From: Cetorhinus maximus
Taxonomy: Eukaryota
Assembly (NCBI RefSeq): GCF_964194155.1
Contig: NC_135909.1
Span: 2,356,001-2,420,000, forward strand
Length of the DNA: 64,000 bases
Reading direction: 5' to 3'
Shown here: positions 1 through 14,100 of the stretch, one piece after another
How positions within the stretch are numbered: position 1 is the stretch's first letter
Layout: each line of letters begins with the position of its first letter
Made by a program: the position numbers and the translations under genes
Notes under the pieces: generated by a model
Told to the model about the DNA's origin: nothing
Databases searched by the model: none
What the model saw: the letters and a program-made list of their open reading frames with translations, nothing else

Positions 1-149
1 GGGAGTGAACGGGAAGGGGTTTGGGATCCCGTTTTCTGGAAAAGTTCACCTCAGTTGCCCAAGGCAGGCTTCTGTGCGTCCACTCGGCCGCGGCGTCGCC
101 TGGTTGTTAAGGGCGGCAAAAGGGGTTTTGGCGGGCTCCGCCGCTCTCG

Positions 150-730
150 CTCTGACCCCGCCCCTCTCCCTCTGTCCCCGCCCCTCTCCCTCTGTCCCCG
201 CCCCTCTCCCTCTGTCCCCGCCCCTCTCTCTCTGTCCCCGCCCCTCTCCCTCTGTTCCCGCCCCTCTCCCTCTGTCCCCGCCCCTCTGCTCTCCCCCGCT
301 TTTCCCCACTCTGATCCCGCCCCTCTCCGCTCTGGTCCCCGCCCCTCTCCCTGCGCCTGCGCCTGCCCTCTCCCTGTCTCTGCACCTCCTCACGTCCCGC
401 CCGTCTCCTCACTGGCCCCGCCCCTCCCGGCTCCGCTCGGGCCCCGCCCCTCCCGTCTCCTCACTGGCCCCGCCCCTCCCGGCTGCTCTCGGGCCCCGCC
501 CCTCCCGTCTCCTCTCGTGCCCCGCCCCTCCCGTCTCCTCTCGTGCCCCGCCCCTCCCGGCTCCCCTCGGGCCCCGCCCCTCCCGGCTCCTCTCGGGCCC
601 CGCCCCACTCCCCCTCCTTGGGCCCCTCCAGCCCCGCCCACGTCCCATCTGGCCACGCCCTTCCCCCCGGGCTCTTCCTGCTCCGCCCCTGTCCCGTTTG
701 GCTCCGCCCGCGCCCCTTCGGCTCTGCCGG
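150..730. repeat. C-rich tandem/low-complexity array of GC boxes (GCCCCGCCCCTC units) upstream of ZNRD2
   Basis: Repeated ccccgcccctctccctctgt and gccccgcccctccc units are directly visible; the minus strand is G-run rich. Confidence 0.85.
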
Positions 731-779
731 CACAGCGACCTTTGCTCCCTTGGCCCCGCCCATCTCCCGGGCTCTTCCG

Positions 780-916
780 CAGGCTCGCCGCTGCTGGGGA
801 AATTCGGGCGGGGCTTACATTCCCACGTGGGGGGGTTGGTTGCGCCCGGATTGGTTACGAACCCAGCGCAGTGAAGCGTCACTTCCGGCAGCACCGACAG
901 AGGCGATATCAGCAGC
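780..916 (+). promoter_or_regulatory. CpG-island core promoter of ZNRD2 (GC box, E-box, CCAAT, ETS-CRE composite)
   Basis: GGGCGGGG near 806, CACGTG 824-829, ATTGG 850-854 and CGTCACTTCCGG 877-888, just upstream of ATG 917. Confidence 0.7.
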
Positions 917-932
917 ATGGCTCTGAATAGTG
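917..932 (+). CDS. ZNRD2: ZNRD2/SSSCA1 exon 1 (MALNS-G)
   Basis: ATG GCT CTG AAT AGT G|gtaatg resembles the SSSCA1 N-terminus (MALNG); phase 1 fits the exon 2 acceptor. Confidence 0.85.
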
Positions 933-1074
933 GTAATGGGGAATGGGGTATTTTCCTTCCTACGGCTGGGTGGTAAGGACAGTCCCGCCATTGAATGGAG
1001 GGGATACTGCCCCTCCAGGGGGTGTGTGGGGGGAACACTGCCCCTCCAGGGGGCGGGAGGGAGGAAAGAATAAC

Positions 1075-4000
1075 TAATTAGGGAGCTCGGAAGCAGATTA
1101 AAAAATAGGACCTCAAAGGTAGTAATCTCTGGATTACTTCTGGTGCCACGCGCTAGTGTGTATAGAAATAGGAGGTTAGTCCAGATGAATGCGTGGCTGG
1201 AGAGATGGTGCAGGAGGGAGGGCTTTAGATTTCTGGGACATTGTGACCGTTTCTGGGGGCGGTGGGACCTGTAAAAGGCGGACGGGTTGTACCTGAACCG
1301 GAATGGGACCATCATCCTTGCGGGGAGGTTTGCTAGTGCTGTTTGGGAGGGTTTAAGCTAACTTGGCAGAGGAATGGGACCCTGAGAGGAGGTTCAGCAG
1401 AGGGAGATGCACTGCCAAGATTAGAAGAGAGAGCAAGTGAGTCTGGAAGGCATAGAAATTATAGGCCAGTTAAGGTACAAGGGAAAACAAAATAAAAACA
1501 GAATTACCTGGAAAAACTCAGCAAGTCTGGCAGCATCGGCGGAGAAGAAATCAGTCAACGTTTCGAGCCCTCATGGCCCTTCAGCAGAACTGAAGCATAG
1601 TTTCAACAAGGGACCCTTGTTGAAACTATGCTTCAGTTCTGCTGAAGGGCCATGAGGGCTCGAAACGTTGACTGATTTCTTCTCCGCCGATGCTGCCAGA
1701 CTTGCTGAGTTTTTCCAGGTAATTCTGTTTTTATTTTGTTTTGGATTTCCAGCATCCGCAGTAGCTTTTAGCTTTTTGTTTTTATCTTAAGGTACAAGGG
1801 AGTTTGGCAAGGTTGGATGGTATTTAATTTAATGCAAGGAGCCTGACGAATAAGGCAGATGAGTTGAGGGCACAAATTAACACATGGAAGTATGATGTCA
1901 TTGCTGTCATAGAGACATGGTTGAGAGAGGGGCAGGACTGGCAGCTCAATATCCCAGGATATAGGATCTTTAGGCGAGACAGGGAAGGAGGTAAAAGAAG
2001 AAGGGGTATCGCAATATTGATCAAGGAATCAGTTACAGCAGTAAGGAGGGATGACATCTTAGAAGGCTCCTCAAATGAAGCCATATGAATAGAACTTAAA
2101 AACAAAAAAGGGAGTTTTTGCTGGGAGTGTACCATAGGTCCCCAAACAGTCAGAGAAATAGAAGAGCAGATATGTAGGCAAACTTCAGAGAAGTGTAAAA
2201 ATAATAGCGTAGTAATAGTGGGGGATTTCAACTCCCCCAACATTAACTGGGTGAGTCATAGTGTGATAGGTTTAGAGGGAGCGGAATTCTTAAAATGCAT
2301 CCAGGAGAGCTTTTTTTAAGCCAATACGTTGAAGGTCCTACAAGAAAGGGGCGGTCCTGGACTTAATTTTAGGGAATGAAGCCGGCAAGTGGTAGAGGTA
2401 TTAGCGGGGGAGCATTTTGCAGATAGTGATCATAACTCCATTAGATTCAAGGTTGTTATAGAAAAGGACGAGGATGGGCCAGAAATCAGAGTTCTAAATT
2501 GGAGGAAGGCCGGTTTTAATAAGATCAGATATGATTTGGCCAGAGTGGACTGGGAGCAGCTACTTTTAGGTAAATCTGCGTCAGAGCAGTGGGACTCATT
2601 CAAGAAGGAAATAGGGAGAGTACAGGGCCAACATATTCCAATAAAGATAAAGTGTGGGACCAACAAATCCAGGGAACCCTGGATTTCAAGGGATATACAG
2701 GATTGGATAAAGAGAAAGAGAGAACCTTATGGCAGATACCGAGGACTCAAAACAGCGGAAGCCCTAGAGGAGTATAGAATGTGTAGGGGGAACTTAAAAA
2801 GGTAATTAGGAGAGCAAAAAGGGGGCATGAAAAAACATTGGCAGGTAAAATAAAGGAAAATGCAAAGTTATTTTACAAGACAGTAAGAGTAAGAGGATAA
2901 CTAGGGAAAGAGTAGGGCCCATTAAGGACCATAGTGGTAATTTGTGTGTGGAGCCGGAAGACATAGGTAGGATTCTAAATGAATACTTTGTGTCGGTGTT
3001 CACAAGTGAGAGGGACGATGTGGGTATGGAAATCCAGCAGAAGGACTGTGATATAATTAAAGAAATTAGCATAGAAAGGGAGGAGATTATTAGTGGTCTG
3101 GTAGTCTTAAAAGTAGATAAATCTCCAGGCCCGAATGAAACGTATCCCAGACTGTTGAGTGAGACAAGAGAGGAGATAGCAGGGGCGCTGGCAATAATTT
3201 TCAATACCTCGCTGGCCACAGGAGAGATGCCAGAGGACTGGAGGACAGCCAATGTGGTACCGTTATTCAAGAAGGGAGGAAGGGGTAAACCAGGGAACGA
3301 CAGGTCATTCAGTCTAACCTCAGTGGTTGGGAAACTATTGGAAGCAATTCTGAGGGACAGAATTAATCTACACTTGGAGAGGCAGGGATTAATCAAGGAC
3401 AGTCAGCATGGTTTTGTTAAGGGGAGGTCGTGTTTGACCAATTTGATTGAATTTTTCGAAGACGTGACCAGGTGTGTAGATGAGGGCAATGCATTTGACA
3501 TAGTGCATTTGGACTTCATCAAGGCTTTTGATAATGTCCCGCATGGGAGACTGATAACCAAGGTAAGAGCCCATGGGATCCAAGGCAAATTGGATCCAGA
3601 ATTGGCTGAGTGGCAGGAAGCAGAGGGTGATGGTTGAGAGGTGTTTTTGTGACTGGATATATGTGTCCAGTGGGGTTCCACAGGGATCGGTGTTGGGTCC
3701 CTTGCTGTCTGTGGTATATATAAACAATTTAGACTTGAATGTAGGAGGGTTGATCAGTAAGTTCGCGGATGATGAAAATTGGTTGGGTGGTAAATAGTGA
3801 GGAGGATAGCCTTAGATTACAGGAGGATATAGATGGGCTGATCAATGGCAAATGGAATTTAATCTGGATAAGTGTGAGGTGATGCACTTGGACAGGACAA
3901 ACAAGGCATGGGAATACACAATGAATGGTAGGATCTTAGGAAATACTGAGGATCAGAGGGACCTTGGTGTGCGTGTCCACCGGTCTCTTAAGGTAGTGGG

Positions 4001-4668
4001 ACAGGTGGATAAAGTGGTTAAGAAGGCATATGGGATACTTGCCTTTATTAGCCGAGGCATAGATAATAAGAGCAGGGAGGTTATGCTGGAACTGTATAAA
4101 ATGCTGGTTAGGCCACAGCTAGAGTATTGCGTGCTGTTCTGGAATCCACATTATAGGAAGGATGCGATTGCACTAGAGAGAGTGCAGAGGAGATTTACCA
4201 GGATGTTGCCTGGGCTGGAGAGTTTTAGTTATGAGGAGAGATTGGATAGGCTGGGGTTATTTTCCCTGGAGCAGAGGAGATTGAGGGGTTATATGATTAA
4301 GGTGTATAAAATTATGAGGGGCATAGAGAGGGTAGAGAGGGAGGAACTTTTCCCTTTGGTGGAGGGATCAACAACCAGGGGGCATAGATTTAAGGTAAGG
4401 GGCAGGAGGTTTAGAGGGGACGTGAGGAAGAATTTCTTCACCCAGAGGGTGGTGGGAATCTGGAACTCACTGCCTGAAAGGGTGGTAGAGGCAGAAACCC
4501 TCATAACATTTAAGAAGTATTTGGATGTGCACTTGCGATGCCATGGGATACAAGGCTGTGGGCCTAGTGCTGGAAAATGGGGTTAGAATAGTTAGGTACT
4601 TGTTTGACCAGTGTAGACTCGATGGGCCGAAGGGCCTTTTTCTGTGCCGTAGATTTCTATGATTCTAT
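1075..4668 (+). mobile_element. 5'-truncated, frameshifted CR1-clade LINE (end of esterase-like ORF1, APE endonuclease, RT) in ZNRD2 intron 1
   Basis: ORF fragments carry endonuclease motifs (DVIAVIETWL, GDFN, SDHN) and RT motifs (KSPGP, GVPQGSVLGP, KFADD). The 3' tail TTCTATGATTCTAT is CR1-like. Possible TSD AATAAC at 1069-1074 and 4669-4674. Confidence 0.9.
1484..1786. mobile_element. Penelope-like element fragment forming a perfect inverted repeat, inserted into the CR1
   Basis: Arms 1484-1612 and 1614-1742 are exact reverse complements. The 15-bp direct repeat TTAAGGTACAAGGGA flanks it (1470-1484, 1787-1801). GATGCTGCCAGAC.TGCTGAGTTTTTCCAG recurs in other copies in the window. Confidence 0.75.
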
Positions 4669-4965
4669 AATAACCCCCTCCAGGGGCTGGGAGGGAGGAA
4701 TGCCCCGTCCTGGGAGGTGGGGGGGATAAAGGCAACAACAGCCCCACAGAGGGAGCGTGGAGGGGATGATACCACCTGGGTGATTGAGGCAATACCCAGG
4801 AATTTGGAGTGGGAATGTGCTGGTGCTTCTGTGCAATGTGGTGAAGTGTGTGGGGGTTTTCCAGTGTCCTCGCAATGTATGAGGATCTTTGTCGCACCAG
4901 GGGAGGAAGATGGCAAGGGCTGCGACTTCTGCGTTGTAATGAGAGTCTGGGCTCTTTCTGTGCAG

Positions 4966-5117
4966 GGGATGAGGACTATATATGGACCCCCCCGTCTGAG
5001 GCGGAGATGAAGGTGATCGAGGCTCGCCGGGAACGCCAGGACAAGATCACCAAACTGATGGGGGATTACCTGCTGAAAGGCTACAAAATGCTGGCAGACA
5101 GCTGTCTGGAATGTGGA
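4966..5117 (+). CDS. ZNRD2: ZNRD2 exon 2 (DEDYIWTPPSEAEMKVIEARRERQDKITKLMGDYLLKGYKMLADSCLECG)
   Basis: Acceptor ctttctgtgcag and donor GGA|gtgagt; strong similarity to the SSSCA1 zinc-ribbon N-terminal half. Confidence 0.95.
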
Positions 5118-5134
5118 GTGAGTATTAGCCAGAG

Positions 5135-8100
5135 TCCTGAATAAACAGTGACTCTGTACAGTTACACAGTGACAATCCTTACCCTGAATAAACAGTGACT
5201 CTGTACAGTTACACAGTGAGTGATCCTCACCCTGAATAAACAGTGACTCTGTACAGTTACACAGTGACAATCCTTACCCTGCTGAATAAACAGTGACTCT
5301 GTACAGTTACACAGTGAGTGACCCTTACCCTGCTGAATAAACAGTGACTCTGTACAGTTACACAGTGAGTGATCCTTACCCTGCTGAATAAACAGTGACT
5401 CTGTACAGTTACACAGTGACAATCCTTACCCTGCTGAATAAACAGTGACTCTGTACAGTTACACAGTGAGTGATCCTCACCCTGAATAAACAGTGACTCT
5501 GTACAGTTACACAGTGACAATCCTTACCCTGCTGAATAAACAGTGACTCTGTACAGTTACACAGTGAGTGACCCTTACCCTGCTGAATAAACAGTGACTC
5601 TGTACAGTTACACAGTGAGTGATCCTTACCCTGCTGAATAAACAGTGACTCTGTACAGTTACACAGTGACAATCCTTACCCTGCTGAATAAACAGTGACT
5701 CTGTACAGTTACACAGTGAGTGACCCTTACCCTGCTGAATAAACAGTGACTCTGTACAGTTACACAGTGAGTGATCCTTACCCTGCTGAATAAACAGTGA
5801 CTCTGTACAGTTACACAGTGAGTGACCCTTACCCTGCTGAATAAACAGTGACTCTGTACAGTTACACAGTGAGCGATCCTCACCCTGCTGAATAAACAGT
5901 GACTCTGTACAGTTACACAGTGAGTGACCCTTACCCTGAATAAACAGTGACTCTGTACAGTTACACAGTGAGTGACCCTTACCCTGAATAAACAGTGACT
6001 CTGCACAGTTACACAGTGAGTGACCCTTACCCTGCTGAATAAACAGTGACTCTGCACAGTTACACAGAGAGTGATCCTTACCCTGAATAAACAGTGACTC
6101 TGTACAGTTACACAGTGAGTGACCCTTACCCTGAATAAACAGTGACTCTGTACAGTTACACAGTGAGTGACCCTTACCCTGCTGAATAAACAGTGACTCT
6201 GTACAGTTACACAGTGAGTGATCCTTACCCTGAATAAACAGTGACTCTGTACAGTTACACAGTGAGTGACCCTTACCCTGAATAAACAGTGACTCTGTAC
6301 AGTTACACAGTGAGTGATCCTTACCCTGCTGAATAAACAGTGACTCTGTACAGTTACACAGTGAGTGACCCTTACCCTGAATAAACAGTGACTCTGTACA
6401 GTTACACAGTGAGTGACCCTTACCCTGCTGAATAAACAGTGACTCTGTACAGTTACACAGTGAGTGATCCTTACCCTGCTGAATAAACAGTGACTCTACA
6501 GTTACACAGTGACAATCCTTACCCTGCTGAATAAACAGTGACTCTGTACAGTTACACAGTGAGTGACCCTTACCCTGAATAAACAGTGACTCTGTACAGT
6601 TACACAGTGACAATCCTTACCCTGCTGAATAAACAGTGACTCTGTACAGTTACACAGTGACAATCCTTACCCTGCTGAATAAACAGTGACTCTGTACAGT
6701 TACACAGTGAGTGATCCTCACCCTGCTGAATAAACAGTGACTCTGTACAGTTACACAGTGAGTGATCCTTACCCTGCTGAATAAACAGTGACTCTGTACA
6801 GTTACACAGTGAGTGATCCTTACCCTGCTGAATAAACAGTGACTCTGTACAGTTACACAGTGAGTGATCCTCACCCTGCTGAATAAACAGTGACTCTGCA
6901 CAGTTACACAGTGAGTGACCCTTACCCTGAATAAACAGTGACTCTGTACAGTTACACAGTGAGTGACCCTTACCCTGAATAAACAGTGACTCTGTACAGT
7001 TACATAGTGAGTGACCCTTACCCTGAATAAACAGTGACTCTGTACAGTTACACAGTGAGTGACCCTTACCCTGAATAAACAGTGACTCTGTACAGTTACA
7101 CAGTGAGTGACCCTTACCCTGAATAAACAGTGACTCTGTACAGTTACACAGTGAGTGACCCTTACCCTGAATAAACAGTGACTCTGTACAGTTACACAGT
7201 GAGTGACCCTTACCCTGAATAAACAGTGACTCTGTACAGTTACACAGTGAGTGACCCTTACCCTGCTGAATAAACAGTGACTCTGTACAGTTACACAGTG
7301 AGTGATCCTTACCCTGAATAAACAGTGACTCTGTACAGTTACACAGTGAGTGATCCTTACCCTGCTGAATAAACAGTGACTCTGTACAGTTACACAGTGA
7401 GTGATCCTTACCCTGCTGAATAAACAGTGACTCTGTACAGTTACACAGTGAGTGACCCTTACCCTGAATAAACAGTGACTCTGTACAGTTACACAGAGAG
7501 TGATCCTTACCCTGCTGAATAAACAGTGACTCTGTACAGTTACACAGTGACAATCCTTACCCTGCTGAATAAACAGTGACTCTGTACAGTTACACAGTGA
7601 GTGACCCTTACCCTGAATAAACAGTGACTCTGTACAGTTACACAGTGACAATCCTTACTCTGCTGAATAAACAGTGACTCTGTACAGTTACACAGTGAGT
7701 GACCCTTACCCTGAATAAACAGTGACTCTGTACAGTTACACAGTGAGTGATCCTTACCCTGCTGAATAAACAGTGACTCTGTACAGTTACACAGTGAGTG
7801 ACCCTTACCCTGCTGAATAAACAGTGACTCTGTACAGTTACACAGTGAGTGATCCTTACCCTGCTGAATAAACAGTGACTCTGTACAGTTACACAGTGAG
7901 TGACCCTTACCCTGAATAAACAGTGACTCTGTACAGTTACACAGTGAGTGACCCTTACCCTGAATAAACAGTGACTCTGCACAGTTACACAGTGAGTGAC
8001 CCTTACCCTGCTGAATAAACAGTGACTCTGCACAGTTACACAGAGAGTGATCCTTACCCTGAATAAACAGTGACTCTGTACAGTTACACAGTGAGTGATC

Positions 8101-11100
8101 CTCACCCTGAATAAACAGTGACTCTGTACAGTTACACAGTGAGTGACCCTTACCCTGAATAAACAGTGACTCTGTACAGTTACATAGTGAGTGATCCTTA
8201 CCCTGAATAAACAGTGACTCTGTACAGTTACACAGTGAGTGATCCTCACCCTGAATAAACAGTGACTCTGTACAGTTACACAGTGAGTGACCCTTACCCT
8301 GCTGAATAAACAGTGACTCTGTACAGTTACACAGTGAGTGATCCTTACCCTGCTGAATAAACAGTGACTCTGTACAGTTACACAGTGAGTGACCCTTACC
8401 CTGCTGAATAAACAGTGACTCTGTACAGTTACACAGTGAGTGATCCTTACCCTGCTGAATAAACAGTGACTCTGTACAGTTACACAGTGAGTGACCCTTA
8501 CCCTGAATAAACAGTGACTCTGTACAGTTACACAGTGAGTGACCCTTACCCTGAATAAACAGTGACTCTGCACAGTTACACAGTGAGTGACCCTTACCCT
8601 GCTGAATAAACAGTGACTCTGCACAGTTACACAGAGAGTGATCCTTACCCTGAATAAACAGTGACTCTGTACAGTTACACAGTGAGTGACCCTTACCCTG
8701 AATAAACAGTGACTCTGTACAGTTACACAGTGAGTGACCCTTACCCTGCTGAATAAACAGTGACTCTGTACAGTTACACAGTGAGTGATCCTTACCCTGA
8801 ATAAACAGTGACTCTGTACAGTTACACAGTGAGTGACCCTTACCCTGAATAAACAGTGACTCTGTACAGTTACACAGTGAGTGATCCTTACCCTGCTGAA
8901 TAAACAGTGACTCTGTACAGTTACACAGTGAGTGACCCTTACCCTGAATAAACAGTGACTCTGTACAGTTACACAGTGAGTGACCCTTACCCTGCTGAAT
9001 AAACAGTGACTCTGTACAGTTACACAGTGAGTGATCCTTACCCTGCTGAATAAACAGTGACTCTACAGTTACACAGTGACAATCCTTACCCTGCTGAATA
9101 AACAGTGACTCTGTACAGTTACACAGTGAGTGACCCTTACCCTGAATAAACAGTGACTCTGTACAGTTACACAGTGACAATCCTTACCCTGCTGAATAAA
9201 CAGTGACTCTGTACAGTTACACAGTGACAATCCTTACCCTGCTGAATAAACAGTGACTCTGTACAGTTACACAGTGAGTGATCCTCACCCTGCTGAATAA
9301 ACAGTGACTCTGTACAGTTACACAGTGAGTGATCCTTACCCTGCTGAATAAACAGTGACTCTGTACAGTTACACAGTGAGTGATCCTTACCCTGCTGAAT
9401 AAACAGTGACTCTGTACAGTTACACAGTGAGTGATCCTCACCCTGCTGAATAAACAGTGACTCTGCACAGTTACACAGTGAGTGACCCTTACCCTGAATA
9501 AACAGTGACTCTGTACAGTTACACAGTGAGTGACCCTTACCCTGAATAAACAGTGACTCTGTACAGTTACATAGTGAGTGACCCTTACCCTGAATAAACA
9601 GTGACTCTGTACAGTTACACAGTGAGTGACCCTTACCCTGAATAAACAGTGACTCTGTACAGTTACACAGTGAGTGACCCTTACCCTGAATAAACAGTGA
9701 CTCTGTACAGTTACACAGTGAGTGACCCTTACCCTGAATAAACAGTGACTCTGTACAGTTACACAGTGAGTGACCCTTACCCTGAATAAACAGTGACTCT
9801 GTACAGTTACACAGTGAGTGACCCTTACCCTGCTGAATAAACAGTGACTCTGTACAGTTACACAGTGAGTGATCCTTACCCTGAATAAACAGTGACTCTG
9901 TACAGTTACACAGTGAGTGATCCTTACCCTGCTGAATAAACAGTGACTCTGTACAGTTACACAGTGAGTGATCCTTACCCTGCTGAATAAACAGTGACTC
10001 TGTACAGTTACACAGTGAGTGACCCTTACCCTGAATAAACAGTGACTCTGTACAGTTACACAGAGAGTGATCCTTACCCTGCTGAATAAACAGTGACTCT
10101 GTACAGTTACACAGTGACAATCCTTACCCTGCTGAATAAACAGTGACTCTGTACAGTTACACAGTGAGTGACCCTTACCCTGAATAAACAGTGACTCTGT
10201 ACAGTTACACAGTGACAATCCTTACTCTGCTGAATAAACAGTGACTCTGTACAGTTACACAGTGAGTGACCCTTACCCTGAATAAACAGTGACTCTGTAC
10301 AGTTACACAGTGAGTGATCCTTACCCTGCTGAATAAACAGTGACTCTGTACAGTTACACAGTGAGTGACCCTTACCCTGCTGAATAAACAGTGACTCTGT
10401 ACAGTTACACAGTGAGTGATCCTTACCCTGCTGAATAAACAGTGACTCTGTACAGTTACACAGTGAGTGACCCTTACCCTGAATAAACAGTGACTCTGTA
10501 CAGTTACACAGTGAGTGACCCTTACCCTGAATAAACAGTGACTCTGCACAGTTACACAGTGAGTGACCCTTACCCTGCTGAATAAACAGTGACTCTGCAC
10601 AGTTACACAGAGAGTGATCCTTACCCTGAATAAACAGTGACTCTGTACAGTTACACAGTGAGTGACCCTTACCCTGAATAAACAGTGACTCTGTACAGTT
10701 ACACAGTGAGTGACCCTTACCCTGCTGAATAAACAGTGACTCTGTACAGTTACACAGTGAGTGATCCTTACCCTGAATAAACAGTGACTCTGTACAGTTA
10801 CACAGTGAGTGACCCTTACCCTGAATAAACAGTGACTCTGTACAGTTACACAGTGAGTGATCCTTACCCTGCTGAATAAACAGTGACTCTGTACAGTTAC
10901 ACAGTGAGTGACCCTTACCCTGAATAAACAGTGACTCTGTACAGTTACACAGTGAGTGACCCTTACCCTGCTGAATAAACAGTGACTCTGTACAGTTACA
11001 CAGTGAGTGATCCTTACCCTGCTGAATAAACAGTGACTCTACAGTTACACAGTGACAATCCTTACCCTGCTGAATAAACAGTGACTCTGTACAGTTACAC

Positions 11101-14100
11101 AGTGAGTGACCCTTACCCTGAATAAACAGTGACTCTGTACAGTTACACAGTGACAATCCTTACCCTGCTGAATAAACAGTGACTCTGTACAGTTACACAG
11201 TGACAATCCTTACCCTGCTGAATAAACAGTGACTCTGTACAGTTACACAGTGAGTGATCCTCACCCTGCTGAATAAACAGTGACTCTGTACAGTTACACA
11301 GTGAGTGATCCTTACCCTGCTGAATAAACAGTGACTCTGTACAGTTACACAGTGAGTGATCCTTACCCTGCTGAATAAACAGTGACTCTGTACAGTTACA
11401 CAGTGAGTGATCCTCACCCTGCTGAATAAACAGTGACTCTGCACAGTTACACAGTGAGTGACCCTTACCCTGAATAAACAGTGACTCTGTACAGTTACAC
11501 AGTGAGTGACCCTTACCCTGAATAAACAGTGACTCTGTACAGTTACATAGTGAGTGACCCTTACCCTGAATAAACAGTGACTCTGTACAGTTACACAGTG
11601 AGTGACCCTTACCCTGAATAAACAGTGACTCTGTACAGTTACACAGTGAGTGACCCTTACCCTGAATAAACAGTGACTCTGTACAGTTACACAGTGAGTG
11701 ACCCTTACCCTGAATAAACAGTGACTCTGTACAGTTACACAGTGAGTGACCCTTACCCTGAATAAACAGTGACTCTGTACAGTTACACAGTGAGTGACCC
11801 TTACCCTGCTGAATAAACAGTGACTCTGTACAGTTACACAGTGAGTGATCCTTACCCTGAATAAACAGTGACTCTGTACAGTTACACAGTGAGTGATCCT
11901 TACCCTGCTGAATAAACAGTGACTCTGTACAGTTACACAGTGAGTGATCCTTACCCTGCTGAATAAACAGTGACTCTGTACAGTTACACAGTGAGTGACC
12001 CTTACCCTGAATAAACAGTGACTCTGTACAGTTACACAGAGAGTGATCCTTACCCTGCTGAATAAACAGTGACTCTGTACAGTTACACAGTGACAATCCT
12101 TACCCTGCTGAATAAACAGTGACTCTGTACAGTTACACAGTGAGTGACCCTTACCCTGAATAAACAGTGACTCTGTACAGTTACACAGTGACAATCCTTA
12201 CTCTGCTGAATAAACAGTGACTCTGTACAGTTACACAGTGAGTGACCCTTACCCTGAATAAACAGTGACTCTGTACAGTTACACAGTGAGTGACCCTTAC
12301 CCTGAATAAACAGTGACTCTGTACAGTTACACAGTGAGTGATCCTTACCCTGCTGAATAAACAGTGACTCTGTACAGTTACACAGTGACAATCCTTACCC
12401 TGCTGAACAAACAGTGACTCTGTACAGTTACACAGTGACAATCCTTACCCTGCTGAATAAACAGTGACTCTGTACAGTTACACAGTGACAATCCTTACCC
12501 TGCTGAATAAACAGTGACTCTGTACAGTTACACAGTGAGTGACCCTTACCCTGAATAAACAGTGACTCTGTACAGTTACACAGTGAGTGATCCTTACCCT
12601 GCTGAATAAACAGTGACTCTGTACAGTTACACAGTGACAATCCTTACCCTGCTGAACAAACAGTGACTCTGTACAGTTACACAGTGACAATCCTTACCCT
12701 GCTGAATAAACAGTGACTCTGTACAGTTACACAGTGACAATCCTTACCCTGCTGAATAAACAGTGACTCTGTACAGTTACACAGTGAGTGACCCTTACCC
12801 TGAATAAACAGTGACTCTGTACAGTTACACAGTGAGTGACCCTTACCCTGCTGAATGAACAGTGACTCTGTACAGTTACACAGTGAGTGATCCTTACCCT
12901 GAATAAACAGTGACTCTGTACAGTTACACAGTGAGTGATCCTTACCCTGCTGAATAAACAGTGACTCTGTACAGTTACACAGTGAGTGATCCTTACCCTG
13001 CTGAATAAACAGTGACTCTGTACAGTTACACAGTGAGTGACCCTTACCCTGAATAAACAGTGACTCTGTACAGTTACACAGTGAGTGACCCTTACCCTGC
13101 TGAATAAACAGTGACTCTGTACAGTTACACAGTGAGTGATCCTTACCCTGAATAAACAGTGACTCTGTACAGTTATACAGTGAGTGATCCTTACCCTGCT
13201 GAATAAACAGTGACTCTGTACAGTTACACAGTGAGTGATCCTTACCCTGCTGAATAAACAGTGACTCTGTACAGTTACACAGTGAGTGATCCTCACCCTG
13301 CTGAATAAACAGTGACTCTGCACAGTTACACAGTGAGTGACCCTTACCCTGAATAAACAGTGACTCTGTACAGTTACACAGTGAGTGACCCTTACCCTGA
13401 ATAAACAGTGACTCTGTACAGTTACATAGTGAGTGACCCTTACCCTGAATAAACAGTGACTCTGTACAGTTACACAGTGAGTGACCCTTACCCTGAATAA
13501 ACAGTGACTCTGTACAGTTACACAGTGAGTGACCCTTACCCTGAATAAACAGTGACTCTGTACAGTTACACAGTGAGTGACCCTTACCCTGAATAAACAG
13601 TGACTCTGTACAGTTACACAGTGAGTGACCCTTACCCTGAATAAACAGTGACTCTGTACAGTTACACAGTGAGTGACCCTTACCCTGCTGAATAAACAGT
13701 GACTCTGTACAGTTACACAGTGAGTGATCCTTACCCTGAATAAACAGTGACTCTGTACAGTTACACAGTGAGTGATCCTTACCCTGCTGAATAAACAGTG
13801 ACTCTGTACAGTTACACAGTGAGTGATCCTTACCCTGCTGAATAAACAGTGACTCTGTACAGTTACACAGTGAGTGACCCTTACCCTGAATAAACAGTGA
13901 CTCTGTACAGTTACACAGAGAGTGATCCTTACCCTGCTGAATAAACAGTGACTCTGTACAGTTACACAGTGACAATCCTTACCCTGCTGAATAAACAGTG
14001 ACTCTGTACAGTTACACAGTGAGTGACCCTTACCCTGAATAAACAGTGACTCTGTACAGTTACACAGTGACAATCCTTACTCTGCTGAATAAACAGTGAC

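Noticed and set aside
5-1038. Pro-rich and Gly/Arg-rich ORFs at the window start
   Set aside because: GC-rich low-complexity promoter repeat.
1864-4586. Active autonomous retrotransposon or domesticated RT gene
   Set aside because: Multiple stops and frameshifts split the endonuclease and RT domains.
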